DNA from: Chiloscyllium plagiosum
Taxonomy: Eukaryota
Assembly (NCBI RefSeq): GCF_004010195.1
Contig: NC_057711.1
Span: 77,972,560-78,036,559 of the forward strand
DNA: 64,000 nucleotides
Direction of reading: 5' to 3'
Shown here: positions 1-11,311 of the stretch, in pieces
How positions within the stretch are numbered: the first letter of the stretch is position 1
Layout of the letters: each line of letters opens with the position of its first letter
The notes under the pieces: generated by a model
Databases searched by the model: none
Seen by the model: the letters and a program-made list of their open reading frames with translations, nothing else
Told to the model about the DNA's origin: nothing
Position numbers and translations under genes: made by a program

Positions 1-131
1 TGGGCCAAAATTGCATTATAACCAATACAAGCTTTAAAGTTTTGCCCTTTAGAAACAGTGTCCCCAGTTCGTCAAATGTGTTATCGTGAAACCATGTTAA
101 CGAAACGTGCATTATAGCAGAACGACCTGTG
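1..131. mobile_element. 3' end of a Tigger/pogo-like MITE, cut by the window edge
   Basis: Ends in ...gcattatagcagaacgacctg, a TIR-like sequence; a related short inverted pair occurs at 755-833. Confidence 0.4.
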
Positions 132-754
132 TAAGAAGACTTCACAATTCAGAGGAAAGAACCAAGGAGAATCAGTTGAATTGAACATAAAGATTTGCTG
201 TAAAGTGACCATTTTCCACATTGGAGTGTCTAACACAGTGTGTCAGGTGACGGTGCAAGACTTTGCTTTGTGGTTTAAGATCTTTTACATTGTGGTCTAT
301 AATTGGATAGCTTAACTTATGTTTGTTCTTTGCTGTAATAAACTTCCATTCTATTGTTAAAGAAACTGCAACCCTGCATGACTGTTTCAGTAAATGGCAA
401 CCACATTTACTAAATTAATAAAACTATGTATGATCAATCAGGCTGGATTTTATTTTGGAGTAATAATAAATCTATCCATCCTTCAAGCTGCTTCATCCCT
501 CAGGTGTCAGAAGGTGGAAGAGATGTCTGAGGAGGCAGTGTCAAATCTCATCAATCCACAGACCACTGACTACAGATTCATGTACTTTGGATATACACAG
601 CATGCATTTAGATTGGATTGCACATGGTGAAGGAGCTGCAATGCAGTCTGAATCAGAGGTGAAAGTGAACAGTCCCTTTTGTAAAGATGCTACAGTGGAA
701 ATTGAGATAAGACTTCATGAGTCACATCAAGAGCACAGTATTTCAAGCATTAAA

Positions 755-833
755 TTGTTCTGCTATTAAGCGATTTTGTTATAACACGGGATTGCACGAG
801 AACAAAATACCGCATTATAGCACATCTGACTAT
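755..833. mobile_element. Short degenerate MITE of the same family as 1-131
   Basis: gttctgctattaagcg ... cgcattatagcacatc are imperfect inverted termini. Confidence 0.35.
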
Positions 834-2217
834 ACAAATGTGTGGATGTCTGATGAAGTTCTCTGAAACAATGCAAGCTGACATAGGGAATAAAGGAGAC
901 CATCACAGTGATGACCGCCTCATTTCGGCGGCTTGTTTGAATGAGCTTTAACCATAAGAGAACAGCAAGAACTGATCAATAGTACATGCTGCATCACTTT
1001 TTGAATGGATACAAGAGCATTGTAACTCTGTAAAGAGTACAGCGCTCACTCAATAACCTGGCTCAGTTCACTCAGAATATGAATATCCATGAAACAGATG
1101 AACTGTGTTTGCACTGGTGACACAACGGTTGCAGGTGTGGATGATTGCACCTACGTAACTAACTCCAGCTCATCCGCTTGGAGGCCAACATAGAGCTGGG
1201 AGGTTAGTAAGGAGGATGAATGTCATGTAAACATCAGGCATCCTCCTCATCATCCAACTCCCCAGCTCCTCTACCAAAACTCTTTGTGACATTTATCTAA
1301 ATTGGCAGCAAATGCAGAGACTGCAGTTGGAGGTAGGGCTCTTCCATGATGAGTGCAGCCACCAAGCTGCTCCGTGCCTCATAGATGAGAGGTGAGTTGC
1401 CTGCCTGCACATCCTCTGAGGCAAAGTGGAGGATATTTCATCAGAGTCTTTATGAGTGCAGTGCGTCATATCCTGTACATCACTGTTAGTTCATCATAGT
1501 TTCATTTCGTATCACTTTTGAAGATCACTTTCGAGCATGTTGTCAGTACATATCTATTGCAAAAGCATTTTTGGTCTGGTTTTATGCACTTATGCCCTCA
1601 ATGAGATTTTTTTTTACAGAACAAATGAGTTTCTTATCATAGGCAATGAAAATTGCATGCTGCAATCCATCTCCCATTGTGACTATCACGAGCAAGTGAA
1701 TTCCCATGTATGTCTAAAGGCTGTTTTCCTTTCCAGCCCTTTGAATAAAATAGTAATACCAATGGTCACAAAGATTGAGATGCTTCTTGAAGCATTTTCT
1801 ATCCTTCAGTGATTGATCCTCCCTGAGAAATGATGATTAGATTTTTAATCAAATCCAGTTTCTCATGTGCACTTAGGTGTGAGCACTGTACCGAAGTAAG
1901 TCATCTGCAGGCGAGTGTTACATAGTTGCTAATTTGATAGTGGCCTCAATCGCACATGCACACCCATTCAAAATGCTTTGAGTGATTTGTTCATCAGAAT
2001 CTATCTTCTTATGCCTTTTAAAAAAAAAGTTTTAATAATTTATCTTCCACTGGTTGTTGGGTAAGTAAGTTCCAAAAATGCACAACTTTCAGCTCCATCT
2101 TAACTGAGGCACTCCCTTATTTTTAAATTATCTCTAGTTTTATTCTGTCCCACAAAAGAAGATACCCTTTCATCATCTATCCTGTCACCTTCATAATCTT
2201 AATGAAACATGTATGTT

Positions 2218-3253
2218 TCCCGGACCAGCGGCTGGCGCGGGGAAGCAGTCCCGGAGCGGCGGCTGGCGCGGCGAAGCAGTCCCGGAGCGGCGGCTGGCCT
2301 GGGAAAGCAGTCCCGGAGAGCGGCGGCTGACCTGGGGAAGCAGTCCCGGAGCGGTGGCTGACCTGGGCAAGCAGTCCCGGAGCGGCGGCTGGCGCGGGGA
2401 AGCAGTCCCAGAGCGGTGGCTGACCTGGGCAAGCAGTCCCGGAGCAGCGGCTGGCGCGGGGAAGCAGTCCCGGAGCGGCGGCTGGCGCGGGGAAGCAGTC
2501 CCGGAACGGCGGCTGACCTGGGGAAGCAGTCCCGGAGCGGCGGCTGACCTGGGGAAGCAGTCCCGGAGCGGCGGCTGGTGCGGGGAAGCAGTCCCAGAGC
2601 GGCGGCTGACCTGGGCAAGCAGTCCCGGAGCAGCGGCTGGCGCGGGGAAGCAGTCCCGGAGCGGCGGCTGGCGCGGGGAAGCGGTCCCGGAACGGCGGCT
2701 GACCTGGGGAAGCAGTCCCGGAGCAGCGGCTGGCGCGGGGAAGCAGTCCCAGAGCGGCGGCTGACCTGGGGAAGCAGTCCCGGAGCGGCGGCTGGCCTGG
2801 GAAAGCAGTCCCGGAGCGGCGGCTGGCCTGGGGAAGCAGTCCCGGAGAGCAGCGGCCGTCCTGGGGAAGCAGTCCTGGAGCGGCAGCTGGCGCGGGGAAG
2901 CAGTCCCGGAGCGGCGGCTGACCTGGGGAAGCAGTCCCGGAGCGGCGGCTGACCTGGGGAAGCAGTCCCGGAGCGGCGGCTGACATGGGGAAGCAGTCCC
3001 GGAGCGGCGGCTGGCCTGGGGAAGCAGTCCCGGAGCGGCGGCTGGCCTGGGAAAGCAGTCCCGGAGAGCGGCGGCTGACCTGGGGAAGCAGTCCCGGAGC
3101 GGCGGCTGGCGCGGGGAAGCAGTCCCGGAGCGGCAGCTGGCGCGGGGAAGCAGCCCCGGAGCGGCGGCTGGCGCGGGGAAGCAGTCCCGGAGCGGCGGCT
3201 GGCGCGGGGAAGCAGTCCCGGAGCAGCGGCTGGCGCAGGGAAGCAGTCTCAGA
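2218..3253. repeat. GC/CpG-rich minisatellite, 31-bp unit (GCAGTCCCGGAGCGGCGGCTG[GCGC/ACCT/GCCT]GGGGAA), ~33 copies
   Basis: Period read directly (AGCGGCGGCT at 2941 and 2972); the repetitive ORFs on both strands derive from it. Confidence 0.97.
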
Positions 3254-3640
3254 ACTTACCTTGGAGCAGTTATGAGCCGGTGTGTAGCGGACTGGAGGTT
3301 TGGAGTTGAGTGGGGATGGTTGTTGTACTGTGGTCTGGCAAGGGCGGTCAGACTACATTTGTAAGCCTCTGCATTGATCTGTTGCAATGTAATGTTTACT
3401 TGAAATTTTTTTATTTGACGGTAATGTCAATCCTTTAACTTGCTTATTTGTAACTCATTTTTTAAACACTCTGAAGTAATGCAACCAATTTTCTCTTTAT
3501 TCCTCTTATGTATATAAGATTCGTACCTAGTAATTGTATCTAAGATGGCTCCATAAGAGGTGACATTGTTAAACTTTTCACAGTACTCCTGTATTTGAGT
3601 AACCGTGACAATAAATGATATTTTGATTCTAATTCTCTCT
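2218..3640 (+). mobile_element. Putative non-autonomous retroelement: minisatellite body plus ~390-bp tail ending GTGACAATAAA...GATTCTAATTCT, inserted in an old minus-strand CR1
   Basis: CR1-like sequence stops at ~2200 and resumes at ~3645; tail resembles Rex1/Babar-type 3' ends; related minus-strand copy at ~31555-32245. Confidence 0.5.
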
Positions 3641-3644
3641 GCTT

Positions 3645-3950
3645 TAAATAAACTTCTGTTGAGAAATATCCAAATCTGTCCAATCTTTCCAGGTAGAACA
3701 TCTCCCTAAGTGAACCTTCCCTCAACTGTGGTGATGTAATTTTGTTTTGTTAAATAAAGCAACCAAAACTACACATAGTGTTGGACACGTGGTCTCACTA
3801 ATTCCATGCACAACAGTGGTAAAACTTCCTGACCTTTATATTCCCTTCACCTTGTAGCGAATGCAAAGATTGCATTTTCCTTGCTAATCACTTGCTACAC
3901 TTGCATGCTAATGTTTTGTGACTCAAGTACCAGGACACCCGGTCTTTGAG
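3645..3950 (-). mobile_element. Old CR1 LINE ORF2 fragment (continuation of ~2065-2200)
   Basis: Resembles the antisense CR1 3' ORF2 seen elsewhere in the window; ORF 3540..3725 includes YLERLDRFGYFS. Confidence 0.55.
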
Positions 3951-3989
3951 TATATCGATTGCTTTCCCAAGGTGGTGGGAAGTATAGTT

Positions 3990-4690
3990 GTATAATTGGA
4001 GTCAGTGAATGGAAGGTTGGTTTGCATGATGGACTGAGCTGTGTTCACAACTCTCTGTAGTTTCTTGCAGTCTTAGGAAAAGCAGTTGCCATACAACACT
4101 GTGATGCATCCAGATAGAATGCTTTATATGGTGCATCTATGAAAATCATCAAGAGTCCTTGTGGACATGCCAAATTTTGTTAGCCACCGAAGGAAGTTGT
4201 TGTGCTTTCTTAAAAATTGCATTGATGAAGGTGAACGAGGACGGATTGTTGGTGATAATCAGTCCCAGGAACTTGACGTTCTTGATCATCTCTACCTCAG
4301 CATCATTAATGCAGACAGATGTGTGCCCTCTACTCAGCTTCCTGAAATCAGTGACCAACTCCTTTGTTTTGCTGGTGTTGATGGAGAGATTGCTGTCTTT
4401 AAACCATGCCACTAAGCAAGGAATTTGTCTTGTTTTAGATCTGACCTATGGAATTTGGCCCCATAGTCATGAGTATGTAAGGAGTATAGTAGAGGCTGAG
4501 TACTTAGTCTTACAGGGCACCGGTCTTGAGGATTATGATGGAGGAGGTATTGTCACCTGTTCTTATTGATTGTAGTCTGTGAGTCAGGAACCCGAGGATC
4601 TGATTAGAGGGGGAGCTAGGATGTCACAGTTTAGAGATGAGTTTGTTTGGAGTTACGATGTTGAAGGCGGAGCTGTAGCCAATAGCAAAG
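3990..4690 (-). mobile_element. Rex1/Babar-type LINE reverse-transcriptase remnant
   Basis: ORF 4149..4412 WFKDSNLSINTSKTKELVTDFRK...VKFLGLIITNN...KKAQQ is the typical Rex1 RT C-terminal motif. Confidence 0.8.
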
Positions 4691-4711
4691 TTGCTTGACT
4701 TTGCTATCCAT

Positions 4712-4872
4712 GTTATCCAAATTGACAAGGTCTTTTCCCTGGCATGGGGAGTCCAGAACTAGAGGGCATAGGTTTAGGTGTGGGAGGGGAAAGATCTAAA
4801 AGAGACCTAAGGGACAACTTTTTCACGCAGAGGCTGGTGCGTGTATGGAATGAGCTGCCAGAGGAAGTGTTG
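4712..4872 (+). mobile_element. CR1 (HER1-like) LINE 3' ORF2 fragment
   Basis: gagtccagaactagagggcataggttta...tggaatgagctgccagaggaagt, shared with the young CR1 copies. Confidence 0.8.
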
Positions 4873-6479
4873 ATATCAGGCAACATAAATAGCATGCAAG
4901 TTATGACATTAATCAATATGTAGCGCTGATTTCATGACAGTGCCACCATTTTCCAAAACCACTTCTACTTGACTTCACAAAATTAACTCTCACCAACAAT
5001 TATGTGTTGCTTTAATATTTATTCTATTTGGTACAAATATATGCATTTTTTGGTACTGTCCTGTACTTATCTAAATGTATTTAACAAGTTGCTTCTGAAT
5101 TACTTAGTATTAAACATGACTGAGAATTGAAAAACCATGCAGAACAAAATATGATGCTAGAAGAGGGAGGAAGGGAAGAATGGTTTCCTACTGAAACCTT
5201 ATCCACAAGTCTTTCTAAACAGCAGTTATCTTATCACTGTTCAGATAGTGTATAAGATCGATGAGTCCCTTTTGTTCTGGCAGTAATCAGAATTTCTTCA
5301 CTCTGTAGCCACCAATATTTGAACCACAATGAGAGGTTACCACTGACTTCTGGGTGATGAAGGTTATCCACTTATACCACAACTCATAACATAGTCTGGC
5401 ACCCATGCATTTGTATGCAGTAGGTATTAAATGAAAGCCATATTACCACGTAGCATATTACAAAGAATATCATGGGTGTCTACAAGGATGCTTCTGTCTG
5501 GACTACTCAAAGAACTTTCCACTACTCAGGTGAGCAGGTCTCTCAAGTTTTGCAGTAGTATCCTCTAAACTGTATAACGATTGAGAGAACGATTATGAGA
5601 GAGCAACTCTTCCCAGCACCTATTTAGTGAGAAGCTGAGGAGCAGGAACATTGGGAAGTTGAAGAATGCTACAATGTAGCTGCCTCTTTGTACTTGTATT
5701 GTATTTATTCAATGAAATAATTATTTTAGCAACATCTACATAGAACTTTTTTTCAGTCTTAGGACCGTCCAAAACATTTCACAGCCGGTGATATACTTAA
5801 GTGTTAGCACCGTTGTAAGAAATGCAGCATTAATTAAGTATACTGTCTCCCAAATAGCATAACGTTTTAATGAGAATAGTTTTAGTAATTTCTTTTCCAA
5901 TCTTCAAATTATTAGAAGAAATCTGATACACCCATCTGGGAGAGCCTTGATTGAACCTCTATTTTAAAGGCTCGATGTGTAACTCTGCGCACTCACATGA
6001 ATACTGCATTTGATTGTAAGTCTAGATATTTGTACACAAGTCTTTGGAGTGATGCTCACGCCTATGAGGAGAAACTATTATTGATCAACTGAATTTCAGT
6101 TAACATGCTGAAGCATAGCACCAGGCCTATAATTTCTGTTCCTACCTGGTACCCTAGACTTGATCCATCTTCCTGTTTTTAAAAAGAAATCTCACTAGCT
6201 GTCCACAAGGCCTCTGGGACTATCCTCTTTCCTACTGACTTTATTTACATGTGAATGTATCTCTGCTGCATTTTTGCTAACCTCTAACAGATGAAGATTC
6301 AATCCATCTAGAGTAAGAGTTTAATCCTTTCTAAGTTTGGTTGGCCATTCCTTCTGTTTCCCACACCCCCCTTCCTAAAATTACTGCAACTTTTGATCTC
6401 AACTTCATGCCCACAGTCTCTTGTAACTATTACTAAAGAAAGTTGCGAACGATCAAAAATTGGAAGATATTAATGGTAT

Positions 6480-7255
6480 GGTTGAGTGAGTGCAGAAATG
6501 CTTTTAGGAAGGGTAAACAGCGAGGAAATGTACAATAAAAGGGAGGTGCAGAGGGCTAGATGAAGTGAGGCCTTGGAGTGCATATGTTCCAAGATGTTAG
6601 GACAGTCAGGTAGCGGTACCGAAAGCACATGATGGCTTTCCTTCATTGTGCGAGTTACAGAATACCAAAGTAGCAATGTAATGCTGTAACCATACAAGAC
6701 CTTGGCTGGGCCAGAACTTGAGTTTTATGTACAGTTCTGGTCACGATGTTATAAAAATGTCATAATTGGTCTAGAGAGAGTACAGAGGAAATTTACATGA
6801 AGCTTGCTAGGATTTGAAAATTGTAGATATGATGAAACGTTGCGTGAGTTAGGGTTGTTTTCTTTTGAGCAGAGGAAGCTGAAGGTTGACTTAATCAAGT
6901 TGCCCAAAATAATGAGAGACTGGGATGGAGTGGACAAGAAAGACCATTTTTCCCTAGCAGAAAGGCTAATCACCAGGAGGCACAGATTTAAGGCGATTGG
7001 CAGAAGGATTAGAGGGAAAATGAGTACCAGCTTGTTCACACAGTGTGGTGGGTTTCTGGAATTTGCTATCCCGTTTGGTGGTTGAGACAGAAGACATCAA
7101 CTTCTTTGATCTGTACCTGAAGCCTTGTAACTTGCAAGTCTAAGATCCAGGTGCTATTAAGTAGGATTAGAGTGAATGGCTAATTTATTCAGTCAGTGCA
7201 GTCACAATGGGCTGAATGATCTTTTTGAAGGCTGTAACGTTATTATGGTTCAATG
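6480..7255 (+). mobile_element. Old CR1 LINE 3' end
   Basis: ORF 6804..7085 LRELGLFSFEQRKLKVDLIKLPKIMRDWDGVD...ITRRHRFK. Confidence 0.8.
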
Positions 7256-7568
7256 GAAACAATTTATGTTTTCCCGTTCCCCGACACTCTGAGGTTCGTG
7301 GTGTTCTGATCCTTCGCGTTCCTATCTTGTTTTCTGAATGTTAATAAATTTGTAAAATATTTCTTTCCTTAATTTAGTTGTGTAGTTGTTTTAATCTTTA
7401 CCAATCTTGTTTCTTGCGTTAGTCGCTCTCTCTCTCTTTCTCTCACCATATTTAATATATGCCTTTTCTTTAATATTAATTTTGCTGTTTAATTTGCAAT
7501 GCTAATAGCAAAAAATTTTCAAAGTTGCAAAGGAGATTCAATGTTCAGATATACTACTTTACTTTCAG

Positions 7569-7801
7569 GATATATTCTCAGAGATTCCTCAAGAAAATGG
7601 GAAGATTTATTTAGCATCCTTCTTTGAGGGTCTGCAGAGAATCATTGTGTTCACGGATGATGAAGGAACATTCAGACTTACTCAAGAAAATGAGAAAGCA
7701 GAGCAAGCAGAACAGGAGATCATTCTGTCATTGCAGAACTTGGGGATTTCACTGATTAATAATTCAACAAAGCAAGAAGTGGTCTACATTGGTATAACAA
7801 G
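7569..7801 (+). CDS. VPS13A: VPS13A coding exon 1 of window (233 nt): DIFSEIPQENGKIYLASFFEGLQRIIVFTDDE...QEVVYIGITS
   Basis: Acceptor tttcag|GAT, donor AAG|gtgaat; open frame, ends phase 2. Confidence 0.95.
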
Positions 7802-8109
7802 GTGAATGCGTGCTTTGTAGCAGGTTATTGTGAAATGTAATGCATTATTGAACCTGACCTTCAGCTTTCTCATGGTTCCTGTTACTAAAGTGTATGGTTT
7901 TTGACCACAAGTTACTACTCCCATTCAGAAATAGAAAATTTCAAACAATTTTTGATATCTCTGTATTTTTATTTCACATTGAATGCCACACATTTCATAA
8001 TGAATGCTGTATTAATAATAGAATCTGTAACATCAGGATTTTTGATGTTAGGATAATTGAATGCAATTTTGAAGAATTTTACATGTTTGTTATTCTGTTT
8101 GCAACTCAG

Positions 8110-8263
8110 TTCTGATGTTGTTTGGGAAAGTAAACCCAAGGCGAAATTGCGCTGGAAACCAATGAGTAGAAAGCAAACAGCTCAGCTGGAGCAGGTTTAC
8201 AAAGAATATATAGAGTCTTCTCCTCAAGAGAGCCACATTGCTGAACTTCCATGTGATTTTCAG
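8110..8263 (+). CDS. VPS13A: VPS13A coding exon 2 of window (154 nt): SDVVWESKPKAKLRWKPMSRKQ...LPCDFQ
   Basis: Acceptor actcag|T, donor CAG|gtcagt; within ORF 8057..8272. Confidence 0.95.
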
Positions 8264-8677
8264 GTCAGTTGAAAATTATGCTTACGTTGATCATTTGTAT
8301 TTGAGTAGTTTAATAATTAATTGAAGTGGATGGCAACATTTTCAATTACATAAAAAAACCTGTCGTCTTAAATTGCTTAATTAAGTTTAGTATTATTAAC
8401 AGGTCCAATCCCTCCATCAAAATTAACGCTTGCTTCATGCGGATTGAAATAAATGGGTAGGGAAATTCATGGTCTGGTTTTTGTTTCATGGTGTGATTAG
8501 TCTCCTCAATTTAGTCTGTCAATTTTATAATGACACTGAATGAAGAGAGCAAATCACACTACATCATTTGTAGTGATGAAGTCAAATTGTAAGTGACTAT
8601 TTGGATTCAGTTTAAAAAAAAATGTCTTTTTGAAAGTAAACATTCAGAAGCATCTTTTATCTCTTGCAAACAAAAAG

Positions 8678-8824
8678 GCACTTTTAACTCCAAATGGCAT
8701 GGACATGAAGCTCTTACAACCTTCTGAAGTACCAATAAGGAGAAATTACCTGCCAGCTATAAAAATAGAGTATACTGTCTCAACTCATCAGAAATCTCTC
8801 CGAGTCCAAATTTACAAGATCCAG
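8678..8824 (+). CDS. VPS13A: VPS13A coding exon 3 of window (147 nt): ALLTPNGMDMKLLQPSEVPIRRNYLPAIKIEY...QIYKIQ
   Basis: Acceptor caaaaag|GCA (A-rich), donor CAG|gtatgt; within ORF 8630..8833. Confidence 0.9.
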
Positions 8825-9586
8825 GTATGTTAAAATCTGATAGCATAGGACCTTTGTTAGTATGCAAATGGTACATGAATTGTTTAAAGTTTGCAACAGA
8901 ATCATTTATCATAACTTTGGTCTGAGTTTCTATGTTGTCTAATTCAAACTTTCAGGGAGGAGGAGTATTGAATTAAATAGCAAAATGAAATATTACAGAT
9001 GTTAGAATTCTGAGAACAGTGAATTAATTTTGCATGTTATTGATTTATAGGCTTAAGTGTTATGTTATGAGATCAGGACTGCTGCTATCCCCCACACATC
9101 TGAAATCCAGTGTAAAGATGTCAGATTGTGAACTTGATGTTAGTATGCCAGCCTCTGAAATAGAAGTCAATCTGCATTGATCAGAATATATGTTGATTAC
9201 AGTATTCAGTGGGTGCTTGGGGAAACTTTTTTTGGAAGTGGTTACATTTTTAGTGGTAACGCTGTAAAGCGTTTTAAAAGCTGCAACTGGGACTGTGATT
9301 GACTTTAGCAGAACAAGGCAAGGAGAGTTGTTATTTTTCAATTTAAAACTCTGCTGGGAAATTTTCTAAGCAATGGAACAGCCAGGAAATGTTGAAGGAA
9401 AAATTGTGGGCAGTAGCATTTGTGGTGAATGTCACTGTGCCCAATTGGAATAGTTCTTAGGAGAAGGAGAAGGAAGATGGTAGCTGGCAAAGGACAGCTG
9501 TGCCCTATGGTCAGTCAAGTTAGCTTAACTAATTCTGCCAAAACGCCTATAGGGGAAAGTCAATAGCAGCTGTCAGACAACAGATA

Positions 9587-9739
9587 TAGTTAAAAATCAC
9601 ACAACACGAAGTTATAGTCCAACAGGTTAGCAGTGCTTTGAAAACTAGTGCTTCCAAGCAAACCTGTTGGACTGTAACATGGTGCGGTGTGCTTTTTAAC
9701 TTTGTCCACCTCAGTCCAACACTGGCACCTCCAAATCAG
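9587..9739. mobile_element. Penelope-like pseudo-LTR fragment with 40-bp inverted arms and 11-bp TSD
   Basis: Arms 9589-9628 and 9661-9700; GACAACAGATA duplicated at 9576-9586 and 9740-9750. Confidence 0.7.
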
Positions 9740-10122
9740 GACAACAGATAAGACCCTATCTAGCAAGGCTCAGATACTTGAAAGTGACGGAGTACCAGTA
9801 CCTCTGAAGACTTGAGCTGTCTAGGAGCACAGTAACTGCAATCTGTGAAATGCTGAATCTTGAAATTGGATTCTGTTGTGTAAGTGTGTATCTGATGCTT
9901 GTGGCCTTGAAGGTCTTTGACTGCAGGGCCTTTCTAGATGGCATATGGAGGCTTTTTGGTGGATTTTGCACCACCGCATCCTTAGAATGTCATCATTCAC
10001 ATACATGATTTGATAACAATATTAATATCCTATCTTGGATTCTATAAATTGAACATTAATGTTTAGTTATCTCAACTGTTATGTTCACTCTCCTTGTTTA
10101 ACCTGCAGTATCAAAAGTATCT

Positions 10123-10449
10123 GGGCGGCATGGTGGCTCAGTGGCTAGCACTGCTGCCTCACAGCACCAGGGACCCAGGTTCAATTCTAGCCTCAAGTGA
10201 CTGTGTGGAGTTTGCACATTCTCCCTGTGTCTGCGTGGGTTTCCTCCCATAGTCCAAAGATGTGCTAATTAGGTGAATTGGCCATGCTAAATTCCCCATA
10301 GTGTTCAGGGATGTATAGGTTAGGTGCATTAGTCAGGGGAAATGTACAGTAATAGGATAGGGGAATGGGTCTGGTTGGGATACTCTTTGCAGGGTCTTTG
10401 TGGACTTGTTGGCCAAAGAGCCTGTTTCTACACTGTAGGGATTCTGTGA
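10123..10449 (+). mobile_element. tRNA-derived V-SINE (HE1-like), full length
   Basis: A box TGGCTCAGTGG, B box GGTTCAATTC, V-domain GTGTGGAGTTTGCACATTCTCCC, CR1-like tail. Confidence 0.88.
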
Positions 10450-10871
10450 AAAATTGTTAATGTGCTTATGCCATAACGATGTGCAGTTCTGATCACCCTG
10501 TTTGAGGAAGGATATTACTTAACTGGAGAGGGTTCAAAAAGATTTACCAGGATGTTGTCAGGAATGGATGATTTGAGATATAAAATAGATTGGAAAGGCT
10601 GGGACTTTTCTCACTAGAGTGTAGGAGCTTGACCTTATTGAAATTTATAAAATTATGAGGCGCATAGATAAGGTGAAAGATAAGGTTCTTTTCCCTCGGA
10701 GTTCAAACTAGATGACATTTTTAAGATGAGAAGAGAAAAATTTAAAAAGGACATGAGCGACAATATTTTTACACAGAGAGTGGTTTGTCTGTGGAATGAA
10801 CTGCCAGTGAAAGTAGTGGATGTGGGTTAATTACAGTGTATAAAAGATATTTGGATAGATTCATGAATAGG

Positions 10872-11204
10872 TAAAACCAATGACTGCAGATTTTGGAAAC
10901 CAGATTTTGGATTAGTGGTGCTGGAAAAGCACAGCAGTTCAGGCAGCATCCGAGGAGCAGTAAAATCGACGTTTCAGGCAAAAGCCCTTCATCAGGAATA
11001 CAGGCAGAGTGCCTGAAGGTTGGAGCGATAAATAGAGGGTGTGGGGGGGGGGAGAGAAAGTAGTATAAATGACCTGGGAGTTGCAGTGGGAAAGAGACTC
11101 CCTGAGATTCTTGTAGAGATGAGGAAGAAAACTTCTTCAAGGCAGGCATCCTTGCAAGAGGATTCGCAGTAGGGTTAAAATCAACTAGGTAAAAACAATA
11201 ACTG
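10872..11204 (-). mobile_element. Penelope-like element fragment (pseudo-LTR plus ORF start) with 10-bp TSD
   Basis: CATGAATAGG at 10862-10871 and 11205-11214; AGGTAAAA..CAAT.ACTGCA repeated at both ends; hammerhead core inside. Confidence 0.8.
10964..11000 (-). ncRNA. Minimal type I hammerhead ribozyme motif (Penelope-type)
   Basis: Minus strand UAUUC-CUGAUGA-A-GGGC-UUUU-GCCU-GAAA-CGUC-GAUU: both conserved boxes, stem II, palindromic ACGU stem III and GUC site. Confidence 0.7.
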
Positions 11205-11311
11205 CATGAATAGGGTCCAGCACAGGCAGGTGGGACTGGTTCAGTTTGAAAACATGCTTGGCATGGACTGGTTGGACCGAAGGGTGTGTTTCCATTCTGT
11301 ATGACTCTTTA

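Larger units (their letters stand above)
10470..11308 (+). mobile_element. CR1 LINE 3' end interrupted by a Penelope insertion
   Basis: VQFWSP/ERVQKRF-type ORF2 remnant, 3' UTR and atgactct tail; split at 10871/11205. Confidence 0.8.

Noticed and set aside
2218..3253. CRISPR-like array
   Set aside because: Units are contiguous with no unique spacers, there are no cas genes and the context is eukaryotic
2177..3275. Long repetitive ORFs on both strands (up to 269 aa)
   Set aside because: By-product of a GC-rich 31-bp tandem repeat; no splice context or recognisable domain
10123..10200. tRNA gene (also at the other SINE heads)
   Set aside because: A/B boxes are the tRNA-derived head of a V-SINE and run into the V-domain and LINE tail
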